64,000 nt of DNA from Bacillota bacterium (GCA_040755005.1 JBFMBV010000005.1:26767-90766); one strand, 5' to 3'. Shown: positions 38,086 to 47,779, counted from the stretch's first letter. Notes: generated from the letters alone by a model not told the origin. Program-made: numbers and translations.

Positions 38086-38943
38086 GTGGTAGTGGCATAC
38101 CTCAATGGCGAGTTTCTCCCCCTGGCTGAGGCCAAGGTACATGTGGAGGACCGTGGCTACCAGTTCGGCGATGGCGTCTACGAGGTCGTCCGTTTCTACA
38201 CGGGCAAGGACTTCGGCCTAGCTGAGCACCTGCAGCGACTCGGACGCAGCGCCGCAGGAGCGGCCATCGCGCTGCCGTGGTCCGAGGCGGAGCTTGCGGC
38301 CCTGGCCAGGGAGGTCGTGGCCAGGAACGGGGGCATGGATTGTGGCCTGTACATCCAGGTGACGAGAGGGGTGGCCCCCCGCAACCATGTGTTTGTGCCG
38401 GGCCTCGCCCCAGCCCTGGTGGTGTACCCGCTGCCCATCTCGCCGGAGCTGGAGGCGAAGCAACGGGAAGGCATCGGCATCGTGACTGTCCCCGACGATA
38501 GGTGGGGGCGGTGCTGGATCAAGTCCGTCGACTTGCTGCCTAACATCCTGGCCAAGCACGCGGCCCGGCAAGCCGGGGTGGGCGAGGCAGTGTTCGTGGA
38601 CAGCCAGGGCAGGGTCACCGAGGGCGCATCGACCAACGCTTTCATCGTGCAAGGGGGCCGCCTGCGCACAGCCCCGGTCACTGCCAATATCTTGAACGGC
38701 GTGACCAGGGTCAAGGTGCTGGCGCTGGCAGCCAAGGTAGGGCTGCAGGTGGCCGAAGAGCTGTTCACTGAAGCTGACCTCGTCGCAGCCGATGAAGCCT
38801 TCATCACCTCCACTACACTGGAAGTCCTGCCCGTGGTGAAAGTGAACGGGGCGCCGGTTCACGACGGGCGTCCGGGGGGGTACACGCGTAAGCTCCAGGC
38901 CGCCTACCGGCAGGCCGCCGGGGCAGCGCCCCATCCGTGGTGA
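38086..38943 (+). CDS. class IV aminotransferase (D-amino-acid / branched-chain type)
   Basis: EDRGYQFGDGVYEV is a typical D-alanine aminotransferase N-terminus. GTG lies 5 nt after GGAGGTGG. The longer start at 38026 is possible. Confidence 0.8.
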   Translation: MVVAYLNGEFLPLAEAKVHVEDRGYQFGDGVYEVVRFYTGKDFGLAEHLQRLGRSAAGAAIALPWSEAELAALAREVVARNGGMDCGLYIQVTRGVAPRNHVFVPGLAPALVVYPLPISPELEAKQREGIGIVTVPDDRWGRCWIKSVDLLPNILAKHAARQAGVGEAVFVDSQGRVTEGASTNAFIVQGGRLRTAPVTANILNGVTRVKVLALAAKVGLQVAEELFTEADLVAADEAFITSTTLEVLPVVKVNGAPVHDGRPGGYTRKLQAAYRQAAGAAPHPW

Positions 38944-38967
38944 GGCCATGGCCGCGCTGAGCCTAAT

Positions 38968-38996
38968 GAGGCCCGTGGCACGCAGCCACGGGCCTC
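38968..38996. terminator. 11-bp perfect hairpin between convergent genes
   Basis: GAGGCCCGTGG-cacgcag-CCACGGGCCTC. Confidence 0.75.
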
Positions 38997-39015
38997 GTCG
39001 TCTCCAGGGCGCGCG

Positions 39016-40308
39016 TCAGGCGCCGGACACCGACAACTGGGACAGGCGCACCCCGTATGGGCCTTGGTAATTGCCCAGGAAACACAGCTCCGCCGAATAG
39101 GTGGCCGCGGCCAGGCAGTCGAAGACGTTCCCCTGGACCGACCCGCCCCTGATGGGTCGGCGGCCGCAACCGTCGTAGACATATCCGGAACGGATCTCCG
39201 ATACGAAGTCGCCGGTGATCGGGTCGGCGTCGAAAGCCGAGAAGTCCACCAGGTGGAGGCACGGTTCTGCGGTGAGCTCGGCGAAGGGTACCTTGCCTGC
39301 GGGGAGTTGATAATTGGCGAAGGGCCCTGTGGCCGGCAGGTTCAGCCAATCCGCATACTGCCGGGTGCAGAGCTGGTGCCTGACGATGTTGTTCTCCACC
39401 ACCGGCAGGCAATGACTGGGCATGCCTTCCTCATCGAAGGCTCCGGAACGATCGCCGAAGGGCAGCAGGCCGTTGGAGTACAGGGTCAGGGGGTCGCCTG
39501 ACACTTCGCCCCAGGGCTGCCCGACCTTGAACCGAGAGATCTGCATCTGTACTGCTCGCCCCGAAGCATGGAAGGCAAAGGGCTCAAACAGCTGGGGCAG
39601 GGTCTGGCCGGACAGGACGACTGTGTACCGGCCACTGTCAGGCAGGACTGCCCTCAGGCCGTCCCGGGCGCGGGAGCTCAGCTCCTCGACCCATTCCTCG
39701 ACAGCTACATCAGCCACTCTGCGCCTGGACCAGAGGCCGGAGGTTTCCCGCTCGGCGCCCCCTGCATCCCTGGCCACCAGGATGATCTCGGTAAGGAACC
39801 TGGAGAAGGTGGCTGACCCAGCCGTACCCCTGCTGTTGGCGAACTCCTCCTGCGTACGCTGGGCGAAGAACTCGGCGCTGGCCAGCCTGATGTCCCGCTG
39901 CCCCTGTACTGACCGGCGGAGCCTGACATCAAGCTCCTCTACGGCGGCCGCCAAATCCACTGGGTCATCGGTGTCGACCGCCGGGTAGGGGCTCGGCCCT
40001 GGCAGTCCGTAGGGCGGGTTGTTGACCAGCGAGGCGGCGAAGACGGCGCGGTCCAGGATGGCATCGGTGGCGGGAAGCTGACCCGCGGGCACCGTCACCC
40101 TAGCCGAACCCCGGCAGGCCCGGCCCTCGGCCGGGTGGTCGTGATGTACCTCGACCTGTACATACTCCGCATCGACTTCCCGGGCTGCCTCCGGGGCCCG
40201 TGCACCTAGAGCGTACACCTGCCGCTCATGGGAGACGGTGCGCCTGGCCTGCCAATCGGCGATGTCCTGCCTCCCGCGAAGGGCTTGGACGACTGCGGAC
40301 AGCATCAC
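39016..40308 (-). CDS. PmbA/TldE-family protein (pair 3)
   Basis: TldD/PmbA-fold sequence without HExxxH. Its start overlaps the stop of the upstream tldD-like gene. Confidence 0.75.
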   Translation of the reverse strand: MMLSAVVQALRGRQDIADWQARRTVSHERQVYALGARAPEAAREVDAEYVQVEVHHDHPAEGRACRGSARVTVPAGQLPATDAILDRAVFAASLVNNPPYGLPGPSPYPAVDTDDPVDLAAAVEELDVRLRRSVQGQRDIRLASAEFFAQRTQEEFANSRGTAGSATFSRFLTEIILVARDAGGAERETSGLWSRRRVADVAVEEWVEELSSRARDGLRAVLPDSGRYTVVLSGQTLPQLFEPFAFHASGRAVQMQISRFKVGQPWGEVSGDPLTLYSNGLLPFGDRSGAFDEEGMPSHCLPVVENNIVRHQLCTRQYADWLNLPATGPFANYQLPAGKVPFAELTAEPCLHLVDFSAFDADPITGDFVSEIRSGYVYDGCGRRPIRGGSVQGNVFDCLAAATYSAELCFLGNYQGPYGVRLSQLSVSGA

Positions 40309-41699
40309 CCCAACCTCGCTTTCATGCGCAGATGCGGGCCGCCGGTGGACACGGGCACGAACTCCTTGTGACCCTTGCCGCAGCCCCCCGGGTGCAACCC
40401 GAAGTCATTGGCCACGGCGTCGATGGACATGAGCAGGTCGGGGACGAAGCCGGTGATGCCGACATTCGTGATGTAGTCGCCGGTGAGCTTACCGTTGCGG
40501 ATACGGCGGCCATGGTAGGCGATGACCTGGATGCCCCAGTCCTTGGGATCCTCCATGCCGCTGAGGCCGCTCTCAAGGTAGAACCCGTCCTTGATCCCCT
40601 CAAACAGCGCGCCGACCGGCGTCTGGCCGGGGACGAAAAAGGTGTTGGACATGCGGGGATAGGCTTTGCGGCGAAAATCCTGGCGCCGCCCGTTGGCAGT
40701 GCGTTTGGCACGTAGCGCCGCCGAGGTGGCGAAGTCGGACAGCCCTTCCAAGAACACGCCCCTGGTGAGAATGGGGGTAGGGGCCGAGCGCTGGCCCTCG
40801 TCATCGAAGGCATAGGAGCCGTAGGCTCCCGGCAGGCTGGGGTCGTCGACCAGGCTGACTAGGTCAGCAGCAACCTGTCTCCCCAGATACTCCTGGGCTC
40901 GGGCCCGGCCCTTGAGGAACATGTCTAGTTCCACGCCGTGCCCGAAAGCCTCGTGGGCGATGATCCCGCCCACCTCAGGATGCACCACCACGGGGTAGGT
41001 GCCTGGATCTACTTTGCCCGCCCCCAGCAGGTCGACGGCCACCTTGACCACCCGCTCCAGTTCCTCCGGAGTGAAGGCAGCGAGTTCAAACCCGCCGGTC
41101 CCCCCGGCGCGGGTCATGTAGTACCTGGCCTGACCGCCGTCAGAGGCGAAAGCGATGCTACGGGCGCTGACGCGCGTGACCTCGTCTGATACGACCTTGG
41201 ACCTGTTCACAAACAGTTTGCGTTCCGTGCCCTCGGTATAGGCGACCATGGCGTTGACGATGCGCTGGTCCAAGGCGGCCAGGGCTGCCCGGGTCGAGGC
41301 GCAGAACGCCACCTTCTCGTCGAGGGGGACGCTCTCAGCCGGCCGGAGGGCTGCGCCAACGTGGTGTCCTGACTCCGGCTGCCCGGCCTCGATCAGGGGT
41401 GGCCGTAAGCCAAGGGCCCGGCCTTTGAGCCGGGCTGCCAGCCGGGTCAGCTCGCCCGGGTCCCAGCTTGATGTGGCTAGCTCGTGCACTGTCCGGCCGT
41501 CGAAAACGGTGAAGACTGTACCTCGCATGGGCTGGCGGAAGTTCACTGTCTGCTTGCGCGTGTCCACGCTCACCTCAAGCCCTGCAGTGTCGGTGACGAC
41601 TGCGGCGGCATAGGGGTAGGCCTGCTCCAAGTCGGCGATGAGGGAAGGGAGGAGGTCCCGTAGCCCGGCGGTGGCGGCTTCAAACTCGGTCTGGCTCAA
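40305..41699 (-). CDS. TldD-family metalloprotease (pair 3)
   Basis: HEAFGHGVELD motif. TTG at 41699 lies 7 nt after GGGAGG and overlaps the degV stop. The 5' part of the listed ORF is a read-in over degV. Confidence 0.85.
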   Translation of the reverse strand: MSQTEFEAATAGLRDLLPSLIADLEQAYPYAAAVVTDTAGLEVSVDTRKQTVNFRQPMRGTVFTVFDGRTVHELATSSWDPGELTRLAARLKGRALGLRPPLIEAGQPESGHHVGAALRPAESVPLDEKVAFCASTRAALAALDQRIVNAMVAYTEGTERKLFVNRSKVVSDEVTRVSARSIAFASDGGQARYYMTRAGGTGGFELAAFTPEELERVVKVAVDLLGAGKVDPGTYPVVVHPEVGGIIAHEAFGHGVELDMFLKGRARAQEYLGRQVAADLVSLVDDPSLPGAYGSYAFDDEGQRSAPTPILTRGVFLEGLSDFATSAALRAKRTANGRRQDFRRKAYPRMSNTFFVPGQTPVGALFEGIKDGFYLESGLSGMEDPKDWGIQVIAYHGRRIRNGKLTGDYITNVGITGFVPDLLMSIDAVANDFGLHPGGCGKGHKEFVPVSTGGPHLRMKARLG

Positions 41700-42556
41700 G
41701 GGGTCACCTCCCCAGGAGAGCTGTAAAAGGCCAAGCCCACGGCGCCCGGCCCTGTGTGGGTGCCGATGGCCGGCCCGGTTTCCGCGATGAGAATGTCGGA
41801 CAGGCCGAAGACCTCGCACAGGCGGCGTTGGAGGACCTGGGCTAGTTCCGCGGCCCCTCCGTGAATGATGCCGGCGGTGACTGCCCCGGACTGGGGCCAA
41901 AGCTCCCGGGCATGCCGGAGCAGCTCCTCGAGGCCGGCCCGGGTGCCTCTGGCCCTGCCCAGCGCTGCGATGGCGCCATCCTTGACCATCAACAGGGGTT
42001 TGACGTTCAGCAGCCCGCCCAACATGGCCGGGAGCTTGCCGATCCGGCCGCCCCGTTCCAGATAGGCGAGGGTATCCAGGCAGAAAAGCACCTGCATCGA
42101 GGCACGGACGCGCTCAACCCGCATCAGGACCTCGGCCACGCTTGCGCCCCTCAGGACCGCCCGGGCAGCTTCGATGGCCTGAAACCCGCAGCCCAGTGAG
42201 CCTGCGAGCGAGTCCACCACCGCGATCGCCTTCGTGCGGAGCAGGTCCCGGGCTTGGCGGGCACACTCCATGGTCCCGCTGAGCTTGCTGGAGATGTGTA
42301 TGGAGATGATGTGATGGCCCTCGGCCAGCAGCCGCTCGTACACGGCCAGGAAATCGCCGAGGGCCGGTTGGGACGTCCGGGGCAACTCGCGGCAAGTGGG
42401 CAGGCGTGCGTACAGCTCTCCCGGGGAGAGATCAAGGCGGTCGCGGTACTGCTGGCCTGCCCAGGTCACCCACAACGGCACTACGTCGATGCCAAGCTGA
42501 TCAGCGAGCTGGAGGGGAAGGTCGGCGGTGCTGTCAGTCACCACGCGAATGCTCAT
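41696..42556 (-). CDS. DegV family fatty-acid-binding protein
   Basis: IRVVTDSTADLP and full-length DegV similarity. Confidence 0.85.
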   Translation of the reverse strand: MSIRVVTDSTADLPLQLADQLGIDVVPLWVTWAGQQYRDRLDLSPGELYARLPTCRELPRTSQPALGDFLAVYERLLAEGHHIISIHISSKLSGTMECARQARDLLRTKAIAVVDSLAGSLGCGFQAIEAARAVLRGASVAEVLMRVERVRASMQVLFCLDTLAYLERGGRIGKLPAMLGGLLNVKPLLMVKDGAIAALGRARGTRAGLEELLRHARELWPQSGAVTAGIIHGGAAELAQVLQRRLCEVFGLSDILIAETGPAIGTHTGPGAVGLAFYSSPGEVTP

Positions 42557-42617
42557 GTATCAGCCCCCAATTCCCTTGCGCTTCCATTTTACCAGCCTGG
42601 AGGGGACATGTCCAAGC

Positions 42618-43574
42618 CTAATTCGGCCCCCGGTTACCGATGCCTAGCCGCTTCATCATCTCGCTGAGGGTGGTGCGCTTCAGCCCGAGGCTGCGTGCTG
42701 CCCGGGACTGGATCCAACCGGCACGCTCCAGAGCGTCACAGATCAGGCGGCGCTGGAAGCTCTCCACAGCTTCGCGGAAAGGTGGGCCCGTGTGCGGGAT
42801 GTCGGCCGCCTCGCCGGCGATTGCCTCCGGCAGGTCCGCCAAGCCGATGAGCTCCCCTTCGCAGAGGATGACAGCCCGTTCCAGGGCGTTCTCCAGCTCC
42901 CTGACGTTGCCAGGCCAGTCATAGCCGCACAGGGCCCCCATAGCCTCAGGGGCGAAGCCCCCGAGCGACCTGCCCGTACGGAGTCTAAACCGTTCCAGGA
43001 ACGCGCGCGCTAGCAAGGGGATGTCCTCACGTCGCTCGCGCAAGGCGGGTAGGCTGATGGAGACCACATTTAGGCGGTAGTATAGCTCAGAACGGAACGA
43101 CCCGGCTGCCACGGTCTGCTCTAGGTTACGGTTGGTGGCGGCAATTACGCGCACATCTACTTGGCGTGGCTTCGTCTCGCCGATGCGCATGAATTCGTGT
43201 TCCTGCAGGACCCGGAGCAGCTTGGCCTGAAGCGCCAGGCTGACATCGCCGATCTCGTCCAGGAACAGGGTGCCGCCGTCGGCTTCCTCAAACAGCCCCT
43301 TCTTGGCGGATACGGCGCCCGTGAAGGCCCCACGGGCGTGCCCGAAGAGCTCCGACTCCAGCAGCGTCTCAGGCAGTGCAGCGCAGTTGATGGTGACGAA
43401 GGGGCTGCTTGTCCTGGCGCTGCCTGCATGGATGGCCTGGGCCACCAGTTCTTTGCCGGTGCCGCTCTCCCCGCGCACCAACACGGTGCTGTCCGTAGGA
43501 GCCACTTTGCGGATGAGGCGATGGACCGCGATGATCCCGGCGCTATTGCCAATGATGGTCTGTGATGCGGGCAT
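42618..43574 (-). CDS. sigma-54-dependent transcriptional activator lacking an N-terminal sensory domain
   Basis: [18 protein letters not shown] and a C-terminal Fis-type HTH. The AAA+ domain begins ~10 aa after the ATG at 43574. Confidence 0.85.
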   Translation of the reverse strand: MPASQTIIGNSAGIIAVHRLIRKVAPTDSTVLVRGESGTGKELVAQAIHAGSARTSSPFVTINCAALPETLLESELFGHARGAFTGAVSAKKGLFEEADGGTLFLDEIGDVSLALQAKLLRVLQEHEFMRIGETKPRQVDVRVIAATNRNLEQTVAAGSFRSELYYRLNVVSISLPALRERREDIPLLARAFLERFRLRTGRSLGGFAPEAMGALCGYDWPGNVRELENALERAVILCEGELIGLADLPEAIAGEAADIPHTGPPFREAVESFQRRLICDALERAGWIQSRAARSLGLKRTTLSEMMKRLGIGNRGPN

Positions 43575-43749
43575 GATCCAATCTCTCCCTGGTTGGCTGT
43601 GCGCGCTGCGTTCTTGGTCACAAGCATTATACCGCACAGGCGGGGGGCTTGTCCAAGGAATTGGCGGGTAGCACGGTCACACGACAGGATTCTGACGCCT
43701 CGGCGGTGCTGGGCCCCCTTGTTACTGGGCTTGCCGGCCCTGCACTGGT

Positions 43750-43764
43750 TGGCACGATACTTGC
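43750..43764 (+). promoter_or_regulatory. sigma-54 (-24/-12) promoter TGGCAC-gatac-TTGC
   Basis: Exact TGGCAC-N5-TTGC, about 138 nt upstream of the flavoenzyme GTG and divergent from the activator gene. Confidence 0.75.
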
Positions 43765-43901
43765 GGTTGAGTTCACAAGTACAAGACTACCCCGAGCTAC
43801 CCCGTGACGACCACAAGGACGGGAGAGACCGGAGTGGTGTTCGCGTGTGCCGCGAGCTACCCGCTTTGAGCGGTAGGTCGAATACAGGGAGGAGTGACGC
43901 A

Positions 43902-45314
43902 GTGAAACGAAGTCTAGTAATGGTGATGGCGCTCGGCCTCTTGCTCGCGTTGGTGGCGGGTTGCGGGCCTAAGGTCCAGGCTGACGCCAGGAAGACCACT
44001 GATGTCGTCATCATTGGTGGTGGCGGAGCGGGTCTGACGGCGGCGGTGGAAGCTGCCAGCCTTGGCGCTAAGGTAATCCTGCTCGAGAAGCGCGCAGCCC
44101 TTGGCGGCACTACCATGATGGCCGGAGGCGGGCTGGACGCGGGCGGCAGCAAGTGGCAGAAAGCGGCCGGGGTCGATTATACCGCTGCTAAGTACTTGGA
44201 GGATGTCAAGAAGTACGGTAACAGCAAGGGTATCCCTGAGCTGACCAAGCTCCTGGCCGACCAATCCGCGGCAGCCTTGGAGTGGCTCGAGAAGCAAGGC
44301 TTCAAGTTCAAGCTGTCTAACCCCGCGCTGTTCCCGTCCAGGCACACTGCCGAGGCCGGCTCCCCCGGCGTTGAGACGGTGAAGGCGCTGCAGGCGGCAG
44401 CCACCAAGGCTGGCGTAGAGATCCTCCTGGAGACCGAGGCCACTGAGCTGGTGGTCGACTCCAAGGGCACCACCCTGGGTGTGAAGGCGAAGCAGAAGGA
44501 CGGGAAGACGCTGTACGTGCGGGGCAAGGCTACCATTATCGCCACCGGCGGTTATGGCGCCAACGCGGCGATGCTCAAAGAGCTCTCCCCGGCGTGGACG
44601 GATCTGCAGACGAACGTGGTGGCACCCGGCTCCACCGGTGATGGCATCAAGATGGCCAAGGCCGTCGGCGCCGACCTGACCCATCTGGAGTACGTCCAGG
44701 CTTACCATACCGTCACTACCCGCGGCACCGTGGCCCGGGGCGTGGAGGCAGGTGGGGCCATCTTCATCAACAGTGAAGGCAAGCGATTTGTCAACGAACT
44801 GGCTGACAACATCACCGCTTCCAAGGCTGTCCTCGCTCAGCCCGGTAAGAAAGCGTTCCTCGTCTTTGGCAAGGGCCAGCAAGAAGCCCAGGCCAAGAAT
44901 ATCGAGACCTGGAAGGGCCAGGGCATCCTAGTGGAGGGCAAGGACGCAGCCGAACTCGCCAGCAAACTGGGAGTTCCCGGGGCAAATCTCACCGCTACCC
45001 TCAAGGCGTTCAACGCTGCGGTGAAGGCCGGCGCCGACGCCGAGTTCGGGCGGCCGCGCTTTGGCCCCGCCCTGGAAGGGCCCTTCTTCGCCCTGGAGAT
45101 CAAGCCGGGCGTGTATGCTACCCTGGGAGGCATCAAGATCAACGCTAGCGGGCAGGTTCTCAAGGGCGGCCAGCCCGTCTCCCGTCTGTTCGCCGCCGGC
45201 GAGTGCGTAGGCGGCATCTTCGGCGAGAACAAGTTCCTGGTCTCCACGGCCACTGCCAACATCGTCTTCGGACGGGTGGCCGCGCAGAACGCCGTCAAGT
45301 CCTTCAAGAAGTAG
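43902..45314 (+). CDS. FAD-dependent oxidoreductase, flavocytochrome-c/fumarate-reductase-like, predicted lipoprotein
   Basis: Signal peptide with lipobox LVAGC, VVIIGGGGAGLTAAVEAA dinucleotide fold, and FAD_binding_2-type sequence. GTG lies after GGGAGGAG. Confidence 0.8.
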   Translation: MKRSLVMVMALGLLLALVAGCGPKVQADARKTTDVVIIGGGGAGLTAAVEAASLGAKVILLEKRAALGGTTMMAGGGLDAGGSKWQKAAGVDYTAAKYLEDVKKYGNSKGIPELTKLLADQSAAALEWLEKQGFKFKLSNPALFPSRHTAEAGSPGVETVKALQAAATKAGVEILLETEATELVVDSKGTTLGVKAKQKDGKTLYVRGKATIIATGGYGANAAMLKELSPAWTDLQTNVVAPGSTGDGIKMAKAVGADLTHLEYVQAYHTVTTRGTVARGVEAGGAIFINSEGKRFVNELADNITASKAVLAQPGKKAFLVFGKGQQEAQAKNIETWKGQGILVEGKDAAELASKLGVPGANLTATLKAFNAAVKAGADAEFGRPRFGPALEGPFFALEIKPGVYATLGGIKINASGQVLKGGQPVSRLFAAGECVGGIFGENKFLVSTATANIVFGRVAAQNAVKSFKK

Positions 45315-45461
45315 GATCCAGAGCACCTACCGCACGAGGGTCGGCCTTGAGGTCGGCCCTTGCTGCTTCCCTTTGCGGCCCCGGGTATAGTATGAGGCGC
45401 AGGGCTGACGCGCAGGACTTCGCGGGCCAACGTGTAAATCAGCGGCAAGGAGGTGGGCAGC

Positions 45462-46373
45462 ATGGAGGGATTCCGGCGTGCCCTGCGCGAGCTGCTCCCT
45501 GCGGAGCGGCTGCAGGAACGCGCCCCGATGCGGGAGTACACCACCTTCCGCATCGGTGGGCCGGCGGACGTCCTCGCGGAGCCAGCCTCCGTCGGCGAGC
45601 TCAGCGCGCTGCTGAGGCTGGCTGAGACCCACGGAGTCCCCAAGGTTGTCATCGGGCTCGGCAGCAACCTGCTCGTCCGCGACGGCGGCGTCCGGGGGTT
45701 GGTGATCCGCATCGGTGAGGCCATGGCCGGCATCCGCTTCGACGGGGAAGCCACCCTCACGGCTGGGGCGGGCGCTGCCCTCAAGGACGTCGCGGCTGCC
45801 GCTGCGCGCTACGGACTGGCTGGCCTGGAGTTTGCCGAGGGAATCCCAGGCAGTGTGGGCGGCGCTGTGGCCATGAACGCCGGCGCTTACGGCGGGGAGA
45901 TGAGCGCGGTCGTGCGGTCGTGCCTTGTCATCGATGGTGCGGGCAGCATTGACAGACAGCATGCGGCCGCATTGGGCTTCGGCTACAGGCGAAGCGCCGT
46001 CCAGGACAAGGCCTGGGTGGTGGTGGAGGCCGAGTTCTCCCTCAGCCCAGGGGACCCTGCCGCTATCCGGCGCCGCATGGCTGAGTTGGCAGTGGAGCGG
46101 CGCTCTAAGCAGCCCCTAAGCGTTGCGAGTGCGGGGAGCGTGTTCAAGCGGCCGGCTGGGCACTATGTCGGCCCCTTGATCGAGTCTGCGGGTCTTAAAG
46201 GCCTGCGGGTCGGGGACGCCCAGGTCTCACCCCTGCATGCCGGGTTCATCGTCAACGTGGGCGAGGCGACCTGCGCGCAGGTTCTGCGCCTGGTCGAGTT
46301 GGTGCAGGCAGAGGTACGGCGCTTGTCCGGGGTGTCTTTGGAGCTGGAACTAAGGGTACTGGGCGAGGACTGA
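45462..46373 (+). CDS. murB: UDP-N-acetylenolpyruvoylglucosamine reductase
   Basis: FRIGGPADVL, GLGSNLLVRD, a C-terminal MurB domain, and ATG 8 nt after AAGGAGG. Confidence 0.9.
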   Translation: MEGFRRALRELLPAERLQERAPMREYTTFRIGGPADVLAEPASVGELSALLRLAETHGVPKVVIGLGSNLLVRDGGVRGLVIRIGEAMAGIRFDGEATLTAGAGAALKDVAAAAARYGLAGLEFAEGIPGSVGGAVAMNAGAYGGEMSAVVRSCLVIDGAGSIDRQHAAALGFGYRRSAVQDKAWVVVEAEFSLSPGDPAAIRRRMAELAVERRSKQPLSVASAGSVFKRPAGHYVGPLIESAGLKGLRVGDAQVSPLHAGFIVNVGEATCAQVLRLVELVQAEVRRLSGVSLELELRVLGED

Positions 46374-46396
46374 CCCGGAGCACAGCTGGGGGAGCC

Positions 46397-46425
46397 TTGC
46401 TAGCCCAACGAACCTGTGCTAGAAT
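46397..46425 (+). promoter_or_regulatory. sigma-A-like promoter candidate (TTGCTA-17-TGcTAGAAT)
   Basis: Hexamers with a 17-nt spacer and an extended -10 TG, about 48 nt upstream of the ATG at 46473. Confidence 0.5.
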
Positions 46426-46472
46426 GTATGTGTACAGGATTGTGCACAAGCTAGGCACAGGGAGGCCGGGCG

Positions 46473-47750
46473 ATGGGCGAACACACCGGGGTGCTGACTG
46501 AGAGGCTGCCGAGCCTCGCCGACTACTACGAACTCACCGACAAGGACCTGTTCGCCAAAACCGTGCCGTTCAGCAAGTTCATCGCCGAACTGCGGCAGCG
46601 GGGCGAGTTCGCCTACCGCCGCACGCTGACCTGTCCCAATCAGAACCGAGTCACCGTCCAGGATCCCTTGACGGGGACCGTCCACGAGCTGGTCATGATG
46701 GCCTCCAACAACTATCTGGGCCTCACCAACCACCCCAAAGTGGTGGAGGCGGGCCTCAAGGCCATGCGGGAGTTCGGCGTCGGTGCCGGCAGCGTCCCCT
46801 TGCTGGGGGGGACCCAGGTCATTCATCGCCGGTTGGAGGAACGTCTGGCCCAGTTCAAGGACTGCGAAGACGCCGTCGTGTTCTCCTCGGGTTACGGATC
46901 CAACATCGGGTGCCTCATGGCCCTGCTGCGCAGAGGCGATACCGCCATCAACGACCGGCTGAACCACGCCAGTATCATCGACGGCTGCCGGATGTCCGGG
47001 GCGCAGGTCCGGGCCTTCCGCCACAACGACATGGCTAACCTCGCGCAGATCCTGGTCCAAGGCGACGCCGAGCCGGGCGGCAAGCTGGTCATCGTGGACG
47101 GGGTCTTTTCCATGGATGGTGACATCGCGCCCCTGCCGGCCATCCTGGAGCTTGCCCGCCGCTACGGGGCCAAGGTGATGATCGACGAAGCTCACGCCAC
47201 GGGCGTGCTCGGGGCGACTGGGCGGGGGACGCCGGAGCACTTCGGCGTTGAGGGACAGATCGACATCGTGGCCGGGACCCTGTCCAAGGCCCTCGGCGCC
47301 GTAGGCGGGTTCGTCGCCTCCACCCGCGAGGTGGTGGAGTACATCCGCTTCTACGGGCGGTCTTACATGTTCTCCACCAACACCGCCCCGGCCGTGGCCG
47401 CAGCCCTCATCGCCGCCCTGGACGTCATCGAAGATGAGCCATGGCTGCGCCAGGCCCTCTGGGACAACATCAGGTACACGACCGCCACCTTGCGGGGGCT
47501 CGGGTTCGACCTCGGCAGGACAGAGACCGCCATCATCCCCGTGCTGGTGGACGACGACGCCAAGGTGCTGCGGATGAATAAGCGCATGCACGAGGAAGGC
47601 GTCTTCCTCAACCCGGTGGCCTTCCCGGCCGTGCCCAAGCGCAAGGCCAGGCTGAGATTGAGCCTGATGGCCACCCACACCCGGGAGGACCTGGACAGAA
47701 CCATCGAGGCCCTGGCCAAGGTAGGCAGGGAGTTCGGGGTGATCGGTTAA
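46473..47750 (+). CDS. alpha-oxoamine synthase family PLP enzyme (BioF/Kbl/SPT-like)
   Basis: NNYLGL, DEAHATG, GTLSKALG (PLP lysine). It has a ~45-aa N-terminal extension relative to typical BioF. Confidence 0.8.
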   Translation: MGEHTGVLTERLPSLADYYELTDKDLFAKTVPFSKFIAELRQRGEFAYRRTLTCPNQNRVTVQDPLTGTVHELVMMASNNYLGLTNHPKVVEAGLKAMREFGVGAGSVPLLGGTQVIHRRLEERLAQFKDCEDAVVFSSGYGSNIGCLMALLRRGDTAINDRLNHASIIDGCRMSGAQVRAFRHNDMANLAQILVQGDAEPGGKLVIVDGVFSMDGDIAPLPAILELARRYGAKVMIDEAHATGVLGATGRGTPEHFGVEGQIDIVAGTLSKALGAVGGFVASTREVVEYIRFYGRSYMFSTNTAPAVAAALIAALDVIEDEPWLRQALWDNIRYTTATLRGLGFDLGRTETAIIPVLVDDDAKVLRMNKRMHEEGVFLNPVAFPAVPKRKARLRLSLMATHTREDLDRTIEALAKVGREFGVIG

Positions 47751-47779
47751 GGCTAGGAGTTTCCTAGGACAGAGTGGTA

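Noticed and set aside
42579-42595. Possible sigma-54 promoter (cTGGtaaaatggaaGCg) upstream of degV
   Set aside because: Only the invariant GG and GC doublets and their spacing match. The surrounding -24 and -12 consensus positions do not, so this could easily occur by chance.
45336-45366. Terminator after the flavoenzyme gene
   Set aside because: GGTCGGCC occurs twice, but as a direct repeat and not an inverted one, so no stable hairpin forms.
46426-46460. BirA-type operator upstream of the BioF-like gene
   Set aside because: TGTGTACA...TGTGCACA is only an imperfect inverted repeat. It does not resemble the biotin operator half-sites I remember.
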